Origin: Basidiobolus meristosporus CBS 931.73
Lineage: Eukaryota > Fungi > Basidiobolomycota
Direction: 5' to 3'
Assembly: GCA_002104905.1 (NCBI GenBank)
Contig: MCFE01000061.1
Coordinates: 129,233-193,232 of the forward strand
DNA: 64,000 nucleotides
This document shows, piece after piece, positions 62,091 to 64,000 of this stretch. Numbering within the stretch: position 1 is the stretch's first letter; every line of letters begins with the position of its first letter. The notes under the pieces were generated by a model. The model saw only the letters and a program-made list of their open reading frames with translations. It made no database searches and had not been told where the DNA came from. Both the position numbers and the translations under genes were made by a program.

Positions 62091-63582
62091 TTAGGGTTAG
62101 GGTAGGGGGGAGGAAAGTCACCAAGTGGTGAAATCTTTATTTACTTATGACAAGTATCTAAAGAAGCCAAGTTAATCTGAAGTTATTCCTAGAAAGCTAG
62201 GTCTGAGAGATATCTTCCTGGTAAGCCAGGTCTGAGAGTTGAGAAGCTGAGTGGTACTATATTTCCTAGTTAGCTAGGTCTGAGAGTGGTTTCCTGGAAA
62301 GCCAGGCCTGAGAAGTGAGAATCTGAATATATCTGAGCTAAGTTATACTGGTTTGCGGTAGCTGAATTAGGGGAGGAAAGTCACCAAGTGGTGAAATCTT
62401 TATTTACTTATGACAAGTATCTAAAGAAGCCAAGTTAATCTGAAGTAATTCCTAGAAAGCTAGGTCTGAGAGATATCTTCCTGGTAAGCCAGGTCTGAGA
62501 GTTGAGAAGCTGAGTGGTACTATATTTCCTAGTTAGCTAGGTCTGAGAGAGGTTTCCTGGAAAGCCAGGCCTGAGAAGTGAGAATCTGAATATATCTGAG
62601 CTAAGTTATACTGGTTTGCGGTAGCTGAATTGTGGCCGGAATGGCCAGTAGACTGGGGGAACTGAGATGAATTTCTGGGCGATCACTGGCCAAATTTACT
62701 AGGCAAATCTGACCAATTAGCATTTCAAGGATTTCGGGTTAGGGTAGGGGAGGGAGACAGTCACCAACAGGTGAAATCTTTATTTCAGTTGAAACAAGGA
62801 AGCCAGCGCTACTGTTGTAGCTTTGATACCAGAGTGTGTAGCTGAGGGGAATTTGTAGGTAAGTTAATAAGAAGTGATGATAGTTCTTCAGTGCTCAAGA
62901 CACTGTTCAGTGGGAAGGGGGGTAGCAAGAGAGGTTAGGTTAGGGTTAGGGTTCTAGTGCTTTATTGGGAAATTTGCACAAGAAGTGCAATCTTGAAATA
63001 TGACAAAGTCATATGAGTATAGCAACTATTATAAAATGAAAACTACTTTGCCAGTAAAAGGGGTGAAGGAAACTGTAAAAGCTATAAAGGAAAAGTTGGG
63101 GACACAAGAAATTTACAGTACCATTCATTGCCCTACACTGCAAGTAAGCTCAAGGAACATAAGGGGAAGCTTTACCAGACTGAACTAAAGAATCTTGCTT
63201 CAGATCACAAAGGAAACAATGAGGACTGCAGAAGCTTTAAAGGAAACCAAGGTTCCCATAGTGATGGCTGACTGGGAAATCTACAGAAGCATTCACTGAT
63301 CCAAAAGAAGGAGGCAAGAGGCTAGAGTAATGTCATCAAAAGAAAATGAACCATAAGCTGAAGTTCAGGCACATGCATCAGGTCCAATCATGCCAAAGAC
63401 AGCTGCAGAAGCTTGAAAGGAAACAGAAAGTCTCCATTGGGGTGACTCCAGGGGAAATCCACAGTCAGCCCTTTACATCACCAGAGGTGGGCAGTGTCTG
63501 AAAGAAAGGAAAGAAAGAGCAAGAGAAAAGGGAAGGAGAGAAGGAAAAGGGAAGGAGAGAAGAATGGGGTGGGTGGGTGGGA

Positions 63583-63829
63583 AATCTTATAGGTGAAGGA
63601 TCTTGTTAAAGATCACATCACTAGGTTAGGGGAGATTGTTAGGGAAGGAGCATCAGGTCAGAAGACCCAATCTTATAGGTGAAGGATCTTGTTAAAGATC
63701 ACATCACTAGGTTAGGGGAGATTGTTAGGGAAGGAGCATCAGGTCAGAAGACCCAATCTTATAGGTGAAGGATCTTGTTAAAGATCACATCACTAGGTTA
63801 GGGGAGATTGTTAGGGGAGATTGTTAGGG
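63583..63829 (+). repeat. 86-bp tandem repeat (about 2.7 copies) adjoining the telomere
   Basis: Copies start at 63583, 63669 and 63755 and are identical by eye; each contains GGTTAGGGGAGATTGTTAGGG. Confidence 0.92.
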
Positions 63830-64000
63830 TTAGGGTTAGGGTTAGGGTTAGGGTTAGGGTTAGGGTTAGGGTTAGGGTTAGGGTTAGGGTTAGGGTTAGG
63901 GTTAGGGTTAGGGTTAGGGTTAGGGTTAGGGTTAGGGTTAGGGTTAGGGTTAGGGTTAGGGTTAGGGTTAGGGTTAGGGTTAGGGTTAGGGTTAGGGTTA
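63824..64000 (+). repeat. Telomeric (TTAGGG)n, about 29.5 repeats
   Basis: Perfect TTAGGG array to the end of the window, with the G-strand facing outward. Confidence 0.99.

Larger units (their letters stand above)
57247..63582 (-). mobile_element. Telomere-adjacent head-to-tail array of 12 retro-units (families A, B, C, D), mostly separated by short telomeric spacers
   Basis: Units: A' 57247-57416, B' 57417-57496, A 57503-57684, A 57703-58217, B 58218-60460, C 60471-60759, A 60773-61288, C 61299-62090, A 62108-62366, A 62373-62735, B 62750-62934, D 62954-63582. Copies of a family share the left end and differ at the right end. Confidence 0.9.

Noticed and set aside
57701-62754. Variable G-run length at unit starts as a biological signal by itself
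   Set aside because: Homopolymer length is error-prone in long reads; I used only the presence of a G-run, not its length.
57247-63829. CRISPR array
   Set aside because: Eukaryotic context; the repeats are nested truncations of long units, not constant repeats with unique spacers; no cas genes.

Overview
This is the right-hand end of a fungal chromosome. Short spliceosomal introns and a terminal (TTAGGG)n tract at 63824-64000 support this; an early-diverging, non-Dikarya fungus is my inference only. Bases 1-48.5 kb hold ordinary intron-rich genes: UVSSA, NC2beta, MAF1, condensin YCS4, a CRAL-TRIO protein, a sphingomyelin-synthase-like protein, DNA polymerase kappa, PTC7, trehalase, a GPCR, a Nudix hydrolase, a secreted HExxH protein, a DDB1/MMS1-type propeller, and an apparently intact telomerase reverse transcriptase (TERT, 41351-46485). 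These are followed by a CpG-poor zone with a decayed Ty1/copia element carrying a nested solo LTR, and then a FUT8-like glycosyltransferase. The most unusual feature is 57247-63582, a head-to-tail array of 12 retro-units. All point the same way (5' end toward the telomere), most look 5'-truncated, and most are separated by only 1-3 telomeric repeats. Three families share one structured 3' tail (G-run, GTCACC-loop-GGTGA, AATCTTTATTT, variable hairpin, AAAGAAGCCA): (B) an uninterrupted LINE-type RT ORF cut at what looks like the last motif of an AP-endonuclease, (C) an ORF1/gag-like-only unit, and (A) a ~515 bp non-coding tRNA-headed SINE-like unit with a built-in CCCTAACCCT and four co-varying hairpins. 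A fourth unit (D) and an 86-bp tandem repeat lie just before the telomere. I read this as a candidate multipartite telomere-specific retroelement system that co-operates with telomerase. All calls are by eye; exon boundaries are approximate and no database search was run.
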